NCBI GenBank assembly: GCA_026391775.1
Contig: JAPLDK010000054.1
Location: 13,907-77,906 of the forward strand
From: Bacteroidota bacterium
GTDB taxonomy: Bacteria > Bacteroidota > Bacteroidia > Bacteroidales > FEN-979
Direction of reading: 5' to 3'
DNA length: 64,000 nt
Part shown: positions 29,555 to 37,775 of the stretch, piece by piece
How positions within the stretch are numbered: position 1 is the stretch's first letter
Layout of the letters: the number at the start of each line of letters is the position of its first letter
The notes under the pieces: generated by a model
What the model was told of the DNA's origin: nothing
Databases searched by the model: none
Seen by the model: the letters and a program-made list of their open reading frames with translations, nothing else
Program-made: the position numbers and the translations under genes

Positions 29555-30828
29555 ATCTTTTTATATACATCCAGTATTTTCGCCGTAAGCGAAACACAAT
29601 CAAATTTTTCTTCGACCGCTTTGCGGCCCCTGGCACTAAGTTGCATCAGCCTTTCCCGGTCATGCAGCAAAGAGGCAAGGCCGGAGGCAAGGGTTTCAGG
29701 GGTGTTAGGATGATACAGCAGCCCTCCTCCCGTTTCTTCTATTATCTCGGGAAAAGCTCCCAGGGCAGGCTGAACCAGTGGGACTCCCGATGCCAGGGCT
29801 TCCAGCTGGTACATGCCGAATGCCTCACCCTTTAAGACCGGAACTGAAAGCACAGAAACAGACTTAAAGAAATTGCCCAGGTTTTCCGGCCTGAAATCTT
29901 CAAATACCAGAATATCCTTCCCAAGCCCTGCTTTCTGCAGTTTTTTCATCTGCCGGTTAAAAAAAGGTTTATCGTCGCCGGTCATGCCGCCAGTAACATG
30001 CAGCCTGATACTTTCAAACCCCGGTTCCGATTTTAATAGTACAAATGCATCGACAAGAATTCCAAATCCGTTTTCTTCGTATATCCTGGATAAATAACCG
30101 ATTGCCAGGGGCTCCGGAGGCTCCGTATGAAATTCGTACAGGGCCGGGTTTATGCCAATGTGAACGACATTCACCTTGTCGTCGGGCAGGTGCATCTTGC
30201 TCTTCATCACGCCTGCAAAATACCGGCTTACTGCGATAAATGCATTTACGTCCACGGCCTTTTCGGCCAGCAAAGCCCAGATCTTCTCACGGTGTGGTTC
30301 ATTCATTGCATCCACCCAAACATCTTCATCCTGCAGGGAGCACACAATGGGCACCCCAACTTCCTCCTTTATCTGCAGGGCCATCCCAAGCAATAGTGCA
30401 TTTGAAAAGTGCACAACGTCGGGCTTCTCATGGTGTTTTAGAAAATGAATCAGCTGTTCCAGCTCCTTTACCTGGTGCCCATGCTTTCCCATCAGCATCG
30501 ATTCGGTTAGTTCTTCGAGCCCGTGTGCCCTGGTGGAACCCGCTTTGCCTGCAGCGAGTTTCAGCACAGGGGCGGAATTCAGCAAATGTTCCATCCAGGC
30601 TGGCATATGGCGAAGAAGAGGGAAGATCTGTTTAAGGTAGATGTTCACAGCCCCGTAAAATACAGTTGCGTCCTGCGTATCCCCGTTGATCGTCAGGGGA
30701 AGGTAAACGGGAAGTGTCATGGCATCATGGCCGGCCTTGCGAAGTGCGTTCACAAAACCCGAATCGCGCAGGCAGTTCCCGCAATAAAAGGTTCCTCCGA
30801 AGCCGGGGACTATGTTGACAATTTTCAT
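29548..30828 (-). CDS. Glycosyltransferase, GT-B fold (GT4-like)
   Basis: The C-terminal half has the GT4/GT1 signature EAFGMYQLEALASGVPLVQPALGAFPEII (E-x7-E region). The N-terminus MKIVNIVPGFGGTFYCGNCLRD is typical of a GT-B N-domain. It overlaps both neighbours, by 7 nt and by 4 nt. Confidence 0.75.
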   Translation of the reverse strand: MKIVNIVPGFGGTFYCGNCLRDSGFVNALRKAGHDAMTLPVYLPLTINGDTQDATVFYGAVNIYLKQIFPLLRHMPAWMEHLLNSAPVLKLAAGKAGSTRAHGLEELTESMLMGKHGHQVKELEQLIHFLKHHEKPDVVHFSNALLLGMALQIKEEVGVPIVCSLQDEDVWVDAMNEPHREKIWALLAEKAVDVNAFIAVSRYFAGVMKSKMHLPDDKVNVVHIGINPALYEFHTEPPEPLAIGYLSRIYEENGFGILVDAFVLLKSEPGFESIRLHVTGGMTGDDKPFFNRQMKKLQKAGLGKDILVFEDFRPENLGNFFKSVSVLSVPVLKGEAFGMYQLEALASGVPLVQPALGAFPEIIEETGGGLLYHPNTPETLASGLASLLHDRERLMQLSARGRKAVEEKFDCVSLTAKILDVYKKIC

Positions 30829-31967
30829 TTCTTCGTTTCTTTTAAAATGCCTCCAGGGCCAAAGGCATAAATGGTACCGTCTTCGGCACCCACCACAACG
30901 AGGTCACTTGTAACAGCAGGGGTACCGCTGAGCGGGCTGCCTATCTCATAAGTCCATCGTTCTGCACCGGTGCCCAGGTCGAGCAGGCGCAAACGGCCGT
31001 CGGAAGAAGCAATGACCACAAAATCTCCCGCAACAACAGGAGATGCGTCAACCTTCCCTCCGGCTTTGAATTTCCAAAGGATATCTCCATTCAGGGCATC
31101 AAAACAGATCACATTTTTATTCTGTGTCGCACTCACGACTTTCCCGTTCGAAATGGCAGGTGATGCAACGAAGGTCCCGCCAATTTCTTTTTTCCATACT
31201 TCTTTCCTTGTTTTCAGGTCCACGCAAAAGAATGCCCCGTCATAATTGCCTAAATACGCCTTATCCCCGCTGATGGCGGCAGAGGCAGGTATGTAGGTGA
31301 CCATATTTATCTTTTCGACCAGTTGGCCGCTTGCCGTATTTACGAGATGAAGAAAGCCGTCGCAACCTCCTGTCACGGCCAGGTTTCCGGCAATGGAGGG
31401 GGTCCCGTTGATGTAATTCCCCGAAGCATATTTCCAGATACCTTTACCGGTTAAGGCATCAATGCAGTGCAGGTTGAAGTCGTAGCTCCCGGCAATGATG
31501 CGCAGCTGCTTCCTGTCGGGTCCAAAAGTCCAGTTGCATGAACCTGACACCTGGCCATCGGTTATATATTTCCATTTTAAGGCCCCGCTGCCGGCGTCCA
31601 ACGCATAAATTACACCTTCCAGTGAACCGGCATAAACGGTTGAGTTCAACAGAAGGGGAGGGGCTTCAATTGTTGTGCCTGCCTTGAACTTCCACAGTAA
31701 TTTACCTTTCACCGTTATGGCATACAGATAGCCGTCATCGCAACCGATATAAATAGCACCGTTGCAGATCACGGCTGAGGATTTAATGGCATCGGTGGTT
31801 TTAAATGTCCATAAAAGTTTTAATGGTGGGTGGATGACAGCCCCGGCAAGGCCTGTAAGCTGTGCATCACCCCTGTAGGAAGGCCAGCAAGAGGATGATT
31901 TCACCTGGGCACAAACGGTGAAACAGCATACACACAGCAATAAACTAAGAATCCCGCCTTTTTTCAT
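30825..31967 (-). CDS. Secreted PQQ-like (BamB-like) beta-propeller repeat protein
   Basis: It has a signal peptide (MKKGGILSLLLCVCCFTVCAQ) and then WPSYRGD. Blade motifs of the form G-x-x-x-W-K/T recur: GKLLWKF, GALKWKY, GKGIWKY, KEVWKK, GDILWKF, GAERWTY. There is no CxxCH motif. Confidence 0.75.
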   Translation of the reverse strand: MKKGGILSLLLCVCCFTVCAQVKSSSCWPSYRGDAQLTGLAGAVIHPPLKLLWTFKTTDAIKSSAVICNGAIYIGCDDGYLYAITVKGKLLWKFKAGTTIEAPPLLLNSTVYAGSLEGVIYALDAGSGALKWKYITDGQVSGSCNWTFGPDRKQLRIIAGSYDFNLHCIDALTGKGIWKYASGNYINGTPSIAGNLAVTGGCDGFLHLVNTASGQLVEKINMVTYIPASAAISGDKAYLGNYDGAFFCVDLKTRKEVWKKEIGGTFVASPAISNGKVVSATQNKNVICFDALNGDILWKFKAGGKVDASPVVAGDFVVIASSDGRLRLLDLGTGAERWTYEIGSPLSGTPAVTSDLVVVGAEDGTIYAFGPGGILKETKK

Positions 31968-33588
31968 TGTGATTTATCTTATAAGCCAATGCCCCCGTAG
32001 GACAGGCTTCAACAACTTTCTCCCCCGTTCTGATCAATGCTTCCTTCAGCGACCCGCCAAGAGGAACACTGATACGAACGTCAAATCCCCTGCCTACGTA
32101 TGTCAATCCCTGCAATTCGCCTTCGGCCCGGGTGATTTCAACGCAGATCCCGCATTTGATGCACTTTTCAGGTTCGTAGATTACGAATTCGTGCTGAACC
32201 GATTTTATGATCTTTTTACGTTCGGGCCCTGTAAACTTTTTTTGGTACGCCTGGTATTCATTTGCATAGATCCGGAGTTTGCAGCTCACCGGTTTGCGGC
32301 AGTCGCAGTTCATGCAGCGGGCTGCTTCCTTCATCGCCTCGGCCTCCGTGAATCCCCCAATAAACCCCTTTTCCGGCTCAAGCCTGGAAAGAGAAGGGCT
32401 TTCTTTCAGGTATTCATCAAACTCGGCTTCCTTCAACCGGCCGAAGGATGAGTTGAATAACTGATGAACGCCACCGGGTTTGCCGGTTTTAAGAAAATGA
32501 TCGGCCGATAATGCTGCGGCTTTTCCCTGGGCAACCGAACGCACCGCCATCTGATGTTTGCGGATAATGTTCCCGCAGGCAAAGATCCCCCGTTGCTGAT
32601 GCGTAAGCGAATGATCATCACGTCCATCACGATCATCACTCTCATCCCGGGTTTTCGCTTCGAGCGTCGTCCTGCTTATCTTAAGGCCATACTCATCCGG
32701 TTCCAGGCCAAAGTCGTCGCTGATCTGTTTTTCTTCCCGTCCGCTGGCAATGATCACCGCATCAAATTCACGGAGCAGGACAGTGTCAAACAGTTCCTTT
32801 GTGACGAGTGTGCTCAACCTGAATTCAGCGCCCATCAATCTGACCACCTCAATCTCGGAATCCAGGACCTGCCTGGGAAGTTCATCTTCTGTGATATGGT
32901 AGCGAAGCAATCCGCCTGCTTCCTTATGCTGGTCAAAGAGGACCGCATGGTGACCGCAGCGCAGAACATAAAATGCTGCAGAAAGCCCTGCAGGACCGGT
33001 CCCGATGATGGCCACTTTTTTACCACTCTTTTCAACAGCGGGTGCAAGACCGGAATAAAGCCGGGATCCCTCATCCGCAGTACTTCTTTTTAAAAGGCAG
33101 ATCGAAACAGAACCATCTATAGATGCTCTGTGACAGGCCTTTTCGCAAGGAGCAGGACAAATATATCCGAGTGTCAATGGCAAGGCGATCTCCTCCCTTA
33201 CCACTTTCAAAGCTTCTTTGAAGCGCCCGGCGGCAATGAGCCTGTTCATTTCGGGTATGTCCATGAAAGCCGGGCAGGACCTGCGGCAGGGGGCTTCGCA
33301 GTCGCCCACATGGTCGCTGAGCAACAGCTCCAAGGCTTCGCGCCTGGCTTCATGTATCTCATGGGAATGGGTCTGTATATTCATTCCGTCCAGCACAGGA
33401 TACGCGCAGGATGGCAGGAGACGGCCGCTGTCAAGGTCTTTGACAAGGCAGACCATGCAGGAAGGATGGTGGGCTATCCCTTCACGGAAGCAAAGAGCTG
33501 GAATGGAAATGCCCAAAGAAGCAGCTGCCTGCATCAGGGTCATGCCTTCTTTTACCTCAAAGCTCTTATGGTCTATGGTTATCTGCAT
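31945..33588 (-). CDS. Fe-S flavoprotein: N-terminal [2Fe-2S] NuoG/HydA-N-like domain fused to a GltD-like NAD(P)H-binding oxidoreductase with a C-terminal ferredoxin domain
   Basis: N-terminus MQITIDHKSFEVKEGMTLMQAA...IPALCF...HPSCMVC (plant-type 2Fe-2S as in NuoG/HydA N-termini). DHVGDCEAPC and CPAPCEKAC (GltD-type clusters). KKVAIIGTGPAGLSAAFY and a second dinucleotide region. C-terminal CMNCDC... and CIKCGICVE. No H-cluster motifs (TSCCP, MPCxxK) are present. Confidence 0.8.
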   Translation of the reverse strand: MQITIDHKSFEVKEGMTLMQAAASLGISIPALCFREGIAHHPSCMVCLVKDLDSGRLLPSCAYPVLDGMNIQTHSHEIHEARREALELLLSDHVGDCEAPCRRSCPAFMDIPEMNRLIAAGRFKEALKVVREEIALPLTLGYICPAPCEKACHRASIDGSVSICLLKRSTADEGSRLYSGLAPAVEKSGKKVAIIGTGPAGLSAAFYVLRCGHHAVLFDQHKEAGGLLRYHITEDELPRQVLDSEIEVVRLMGAEFRLSTLVTKELFDTVLLREFDAVIIASGREEKQISDDFGLEPDEYGLKISRTTLEAKTRDESDDRDGRDDHSLTHQQRGIFACGNIIRKHQMAVRSVAQGKAAALSADHFLKTGKPGGVHQLFNSSFGRLKEAEFDEYLKESPSLSRLEPEKGFIGGFTEAEAMKEAARCMNCDCRKPVSCKLRIYANEYQAYQKKFTGPERKKIIKSVQHEFVIYEPEKCIKCGICVEITRAEGELQGLTYVGRGFDVRISVPLGGSLKEALIRTGEKVVEACPTGALAYKINHNEKRRDS

Positions 33589-33591
33589 GGA

Positions 33592-35946
33592 TTAGCTTAT
33601 GATGACTGCATTGACCGGGCAAACCTGCCGGCAGATATCGCATTTGATGCATTTCTCCTGATCTATGCTGTGAATCTCATAGGGTTTAAAGGCAATGGCA
33701 TCGGAGGGACAGCGCTGGGCGCATTTTGTACAGCCTATGCATTCCTCAGTGATTGAATAACTGATGATGGGCGCGCATTTTCCTGCAGGGCAATGCCCTT
33801 TAATATGGGCTTCATATTCATCACGGAAATAACGCAGGGTTGATAAAACAGGATTTGGTGCGGTTTTCCCAAGCCCGCAGAGGCTGCCTGCATGAGTGCT
33901 GTTTGCAAGATGTTCCAGCTTTTCCAGGTCTTCCGTCACACCATCACCGTTTCGTATTTTCTCAAGCAGTTCAAGCATCCTGCGGGTGCCTATGCGACAG
34001 AATGTACATTGCCCGCAGCTCTGGTTCTGGGTAAACGAAAGGAAGTAATGGGCAATATCGACCATGCAGTCATTCTCATCCAGGACGATCAGCCCACCGG
34101 ATCCCATCATGGCCCCGGCTTCCGAGAGGGCCTCGAAATCTATGGTCAGGTCTGCCATTGAAGCCGGGATACACCCGCCCGATGGGCCTCCGATCTGCAC
34201 CGCCTTAAATTGTTTGTCATTCGCAATGCCGCCTCCTATCTCTTCCACAATCTTTCGTATGCTGATGCCCATGGGGACTTCTATAAGTCCGCCCCGCTTT
34301 ACTTTCCCTGCCAGCGCAAACACCTTGGTTCCCTTGCTCCTGCCGGATCCTATACAGGCAAATGCCCCAGAACCTTTGCGGATGATCCATGAAACCAGGG
34401 AGAAGGTTTCGGTATTATTGATAAGGGTAGGTTTTCCATAGATCCCCTGAACGGCTGGATAAGGCGGGCGTAAACGGGGAATCCCCCTGTTGCCTTCAAT
34501 GGAAGCTATAAGGGCGGTTTCTTCGCCGCAAACAAAAGCGCCGGCTCCTTCGAATATTTTTATGTCAAACGAAAAACCATTGCCCATTATATTCTCCCCG
34601 AGTATTCCTTCGTTCTGGCAAACCTGCAGGGCTTCGCTTATCCTTTGCACGGCAAGGGGATATTCGGCGCGGATGTAAAACAGGCCATTGTGAGCCCCCG
34701 TTGCATAAGCCGAGATAAGCATGCCTTCTATGATGCGGTAAGGATACGATTCGAGCAGCATGCGGTCCATGAAGGCCCCGGGATCACCCTCGTCCCCATT
34801 GCAGATAATATATTTTTCAGCTGCTGCCTGGTCGTGAACCAGCTGCCATTTACGGCCTGTGGGGAATCCCGCCCCGCCGCGCCCGCGAAGGCCGCTGGCT
34901 TTAATTTCATCGATGACATCCTGGGGGCTCAAAGAGTTCAGGCATTTCTTCAGGGCTTCAAAACCCCCTGCCTTCCTGTATTCGCTGATATCGCAAGGCC
35001 TTATGATACCCCGGTTTTCTGTGGCAATATTGACCTGCGGCCCCAGGAATTCCGAGAGCGGGGTATCCCTCTGTTCGAACATATACTTCCGAAACGAGCG
35101 AGGCGCCTCATCCGCCATCATATTCTCAAACATATTCACCACCCTCGATTTAAACCTGCGATAGTTGCCTTCAGGCTTAAAATGGCTGAGTACAACCTGC
35201 TTCACTTCCTCAGGTTTGATGCGTGCATAGAATGCAGTATTTTCGCCGGGTTTGACGATCTCAAGAATAGGTACCTGGTTGCAGATGCCCACGCAGCCAA
35301 CCTGTTTTACGTCGACCAGAATCCCTGCCTCCGCCACGGTCTTTTCCAGTTCTGTTTTCACATCCTGGCTGCCGCTGGCGATACAGCAGGAGCCCAGGCC
35401 AATCCGTATTTCTCCTTTTACTGCGGATGTGGGAGCGGCGGCTAAACCGACCTTCACCAATTGTTTTCCCCGCTTCAGGAAGTCAGCCAGGATTTCCCCG
35501 GCATTTTCAGGCATCACATGGCCGTATGTAACCTGGTCAATCCGTACAACCGGGGCGAGGGTGCAGCAACCGAGGCAGGCCACCTTATCTATAGTAAAAA
35601 CCCCGGCAGCATCGGTGTTCTCGTTTTGGTTCAGCTTCATTTCCCTGCGGATTGCTTCGTAAACCAGGAGTGAACCTTTCACATGGCAGGCAGTGCCTGT
35701 ACAAACACTGATGATATGCTCACCGGTCACCTGCCTGCGGAACTGCGAATAAAAGGAAGCCACACCTTCTATGCGGGCCTGTGTAATATCAGTTACTTCA
35801 CAAGTATACCTGAGGGCTTCTTCAGGCAGATGGCTGAACTCATGCTGGATGTCCTGCAATATTGGAATGACGGCTGTAACCGGGGTGCCCCGGCTTGCGA
35901 CGATGTTGTCAACCGCCTTGTGTATAGTTTCAATATACTCTTTCAC
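33592..35946 (-). CDS. NuoE+NuoF-like fused flavoprotein (HydB/HndC/HoxF type: 2Fe-2S thioredoxin-like domains, FMN/NADH site, 4Fe-4S, C-terminal 2x[4Fe-4S] ferredoxin)
   Basis: NuoE-like region: IPILQDIQHEF...ASFYSQF...CTGTACHVKGS. Extra 2Fe-2S-like region: IRIGLGSCCIASG. NuoF signatures: GLRGRGGAGFPTGRKW, ICNGDEGDPGAFMDR, SCGQCTFCRIG. C-terminus: CIGCTKCAQRCPSDAI and CIKCDICRQVCPVNA. Confidence 0.9.
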   Translation of the reverse strand: MKEYIETIHKAVDNIVASRGTPVTAVIPILQDIQHEFSHLPEEALRYTCEVTDITQARIEGVASFYSQFRRQVTGEHIISVCTGTACHVKGSLLVYEAIRREMKLNQNENTDAAGVFTIDKVACLGCCTLAPVVRIDQVTYGHVMPENAGEILADFLKRGKQLVKVGLAAAPTSAVKGEIRIGLGSCCIASGSQDVKTELEKTVAEAGILVDVKQVGCVGICNQVPILEIVKPGENTAFYARIKPEEVKQVVLSHFKPEGNYRRFKSRVVNMFENMMADEAPRSFRKYMFEQRDTPLSEFLGPQVNIATENRGIIRPCDISEYRKAGGFEALKKCLNSLSPQDVIDEIKASGLRGRGGAGFPTGRKWQLVHDQAAAEKYIICNGDEGDPGAFMDRMLLESYPYRIIEGMLISAYATGAHNGLFYIRAEYPLAVQRISEALQVCQNEGILGENIMGNGFSFDIKIFEGAGAFVCGEETALIASIEGNRGIPRLRPPYPAVQGIYGKPTLINNTETFSLVSWIIRKGSGAFACIGSGRSKGTKVFALAGKVKRGGLIEVPMGISIRKIVEEIGGGIANDKQFKAVQIGGPSGGCIPASMADLTIDFEALSEAGAMMGSGGLIVLDENDCMVDIAHYFLSFTQNQSCGQCTFCRIGTRRMLELLEKIRNGDGVTEDLEKLEHLANSTHAGSLCGLGKTAPNPVLSTLRYFRDEYEAHIKGHCPAGKCAPIISYSITEECIGCTKCAQRCPSDAIAFKPYEIHSIDQEKCIKCDICRQVCPVNAVIIS

Positions 35947-37757
35947 TTCCCTATGCAGTATAAGTTTTTATCACCCCTGAGGAAAATATGGCCGGTCGTG
36001 AAAGCCGGGGTGCAGAATGATCCTTCTCCCAGGGGGCATTCGCTTACAGGCGAAAATTCTTTACCCGCTTTAAAAATGAACATCATTCCCTTTTTATCCA
36101 TAAGATAGATCCTTCCCTCGGCCAGCATGGGGGAGGAGTAAACGGGGTTCCCGAAATCGTGCTCCCAGTATTTGGTTCCGGAAACAGCATCATAGCATAC
36201 CGCTGTACCGTAGGAAGTGACAAGGAAAAGATATTTGTCTGTTGCCACAGGGCTTGGCACATCCGAAAGGAATTCGTTGTTTTCCCAGAGGACTTTAGGT
36301 GTTTCGCCTATCCTGACCGCCGAAAGAGTTGAATATTCGTTTACCGAAAACACGATACCATTCGCATAAGCGAGCGAAGGCCCTACTTCTCCCGATATGC
36401 AGTCGAGCTTCCAGAGTTCCTTACCGCTAAGCGGGTCGTAGGCGGCCACGCAGGGTTCGGCTGAAAGGACCAGTTCCATTCTGTTGCCAGTATTGATGAG
36501 CGATGGAGAAGCCCATGAAATTTTGACATTCCTGGAGGTTTTCCAAACCTGCTCCCCGGTCTTCCCTGAAAGACCCATCACTGCTGCGCCTCCGCGCTGG
36601 TCAAACTGAATGATGAGGACATCCCGGTACATGATGAGTGAAGAGGAATGACCGTAATGATTTGCCGGAACACCAAGATTTTTAGACCATACGGGCTTCC
36701 CGTCCATATCCAGGGCAATGAGGTCACCATTGGCAAAGATGGCGTAAACCCTGCGGCCATCGGTAGTAAGGCTGGGCGCTGCCTGACCTGTTTCCTTGCT
36801 AACCCCGGGTGCTTGTGAGGGCGAGCCCGGGATTTTTTCAACCGGAGTTTTCCAGAGCATCTTTCCTGTCACGGCATCGAGGCAGTATACTTCCCGTTTT
36901 GTTTCACTGGCCCCACTCAGGAATATCCTGTCGTTCCATATCACAGGCGAATTATAGCCGGGCAGAGGAATGTAAGTCTTCCATTTAACGTTCTTTCCGC
37001 TCCTGGCGTCCCAGCTCGTGGGAATGCTGTTGCGTTCGGTAATACCAATTCCTCCCGGGCCCCTGAAAGAAGGAAAGTTGCTCCTGATCTCCTGCCAGGA
37101 AGGATAGCTGGATGCCGGACTCTGGATGCCGGATGCAGAATCGCGTATCACGGTTGCCGAATCACGGATACCGGATGCTGGATGTGGGATGCTGGATTCA
37201 GGATGCGGGTTGGGCGATCCTGCATCCTGAATCCTGGATCCTGTTAAAGGGCTCATAGCAAACTGAAGGTCCTTTCCCATTTCGTTATGGGTGAGCCAGG
37301 CAAGAAGCAGGGTCAGAACAACCATGCCGGCCCCTGAATACATCAGCCATTTCCGTTTGTGTATCCGGATTTCCCAGAACATAACTGGTTTCCCCTGTGG
37401 TTCCTCGGGTAATTTAATCCGGATGAGCTCTATTATCTTGATACTGGATATTAGGATTAGGATGGATATGAAAAGAAGATAACCTCCGGTTCTCACCTGC
37501 CATTGTGTCGTGAAAAATGCTTTCCTGGCAAGCAGGTCCAGGGTGCGAATCTCCTGCCTTACCTGCCCGTTCTCCGGATTGTTCTGAAGCTTCTCAACCA
37601 GGGCTGTCATAGTCGTTGTATTCAGCGGATCGGCCCGTTTGATCTGGATGAAATTAACAATGATGAGAACACAGAGGACCAAGGCAAAGACCCCACTTCC
37701 GAATGAGATATTCTCAAGCAGCCTGATGGTGTTATAAGGTGATTTACCGGTCTTCAT
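35943..37757 (-). CDS. Membrane-anchored PQQ-like beta-propeller repeat protein with a low-complexity linker
   Basis: The N-terminal region has predicted TM helices (FGSGVFALVLCVLIIVNFI, GGYLLFISILILISSIKII, WLMYSGAGMVVLTLLLAWL). A Ser/Pro/Gly-rich linker follows (SPNPHPESSIPHPASGIRDSATVIRDSASGIQSPASS). Then come the propeller blades: FPSFRGPGG, GKMLWKT, GKPVWSK, GEQVWKT, GKELWKL, PKVLWEN, GTKYWEH. Confidence 0.75.
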   Translation of the reverse strand: MKTGKSPYNTIRLLENISFGSGVFALVLCVLIIVNFIQIKRADPLNTTTMTALVEKLQNNPENGQVRQEIRTLDLLARKAFFTTQWQVRTGGYLLFISILILISSIKIIELIRIKLPEEPQGKPVMFWEIRIHKRKWLMYSGAGMVVLTLLLAWLTHNEMGKDLQFAMSPLTGSRIQDAGSPNPHPESSIPHPASGIRDSATVIRDSASGIQSPASSYPSWQEIRSNFPSFRGPGGIGITERNSIPTSWDARSGKNVKWKTYIPLPGYNSPVIWNDRIFLSGASETKREVYCLDAVTGKMLWKTPVEKIPGSPSQAPGVSKETGQAAPSLTTDGRRVYAIFANGDLIALDMDGKPVWSKNLGVPANHYGHSSSLIMYRDVLIIQFDQRGGAAVMGLSGKTGEQVWKTSRNVKISWASPSLINTGNRMELVLSAEPCVAAYDPLSGKELWKLDCISGEVGPSLAYANGIVFSVNEYSTLSAVRIGETPKVLWENNEFLSDVPSPVATDKYLFLVTSYGTAVCYDAVSGTKYWEHDFGNPVYSSPMLAEGRIYLMDKKGMMFIFKAGKEFSPVSECPLGEGSFCTPAFTTGHIFLRGDKNLYCIGK

Positions 37758-37775
37758 TTTCTTCGTTTAGCAGCC

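Noticed and set aside
31945-33588. Considered calling this gene an [FeFe]-hydrogenase HydA because of its HydA/NuoG-like 2Fe-2S N-terminus next to a HydB-like gene
   Set aside because: No H-cluster motifs (TSCCPxW, MPCxxKxxE, ExMACxxGCxxGG) are present. The central region is instead a GltD-like dinucleotide-binding flavoprotein.
33130-35445. Long plus-strand ORFs (33130..33756 at 208 aa, 34645..35445 at 266 aa, and others) antisense to the Fe-S flavoprotein genes
   Set aside because: They lie entirely within minus-strand ORFs that carry unmistakable NuoF/GltD motifs. Their translations are Ala/Gly/Arg/Pro-rich low-complexity sequence with no recognisable motif. These are typical shadow ORFs.
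37110-37240. GGATGC-rich repeat patch considered as a CRISPR-like or mobile-element repeat
   Set aside because: The repeats are short, imperfect and in-frame inside a continuous ORF (a low-complexity protein linker). There is no spacer-repeat periodicity and no cas or transposase genes are nearby.
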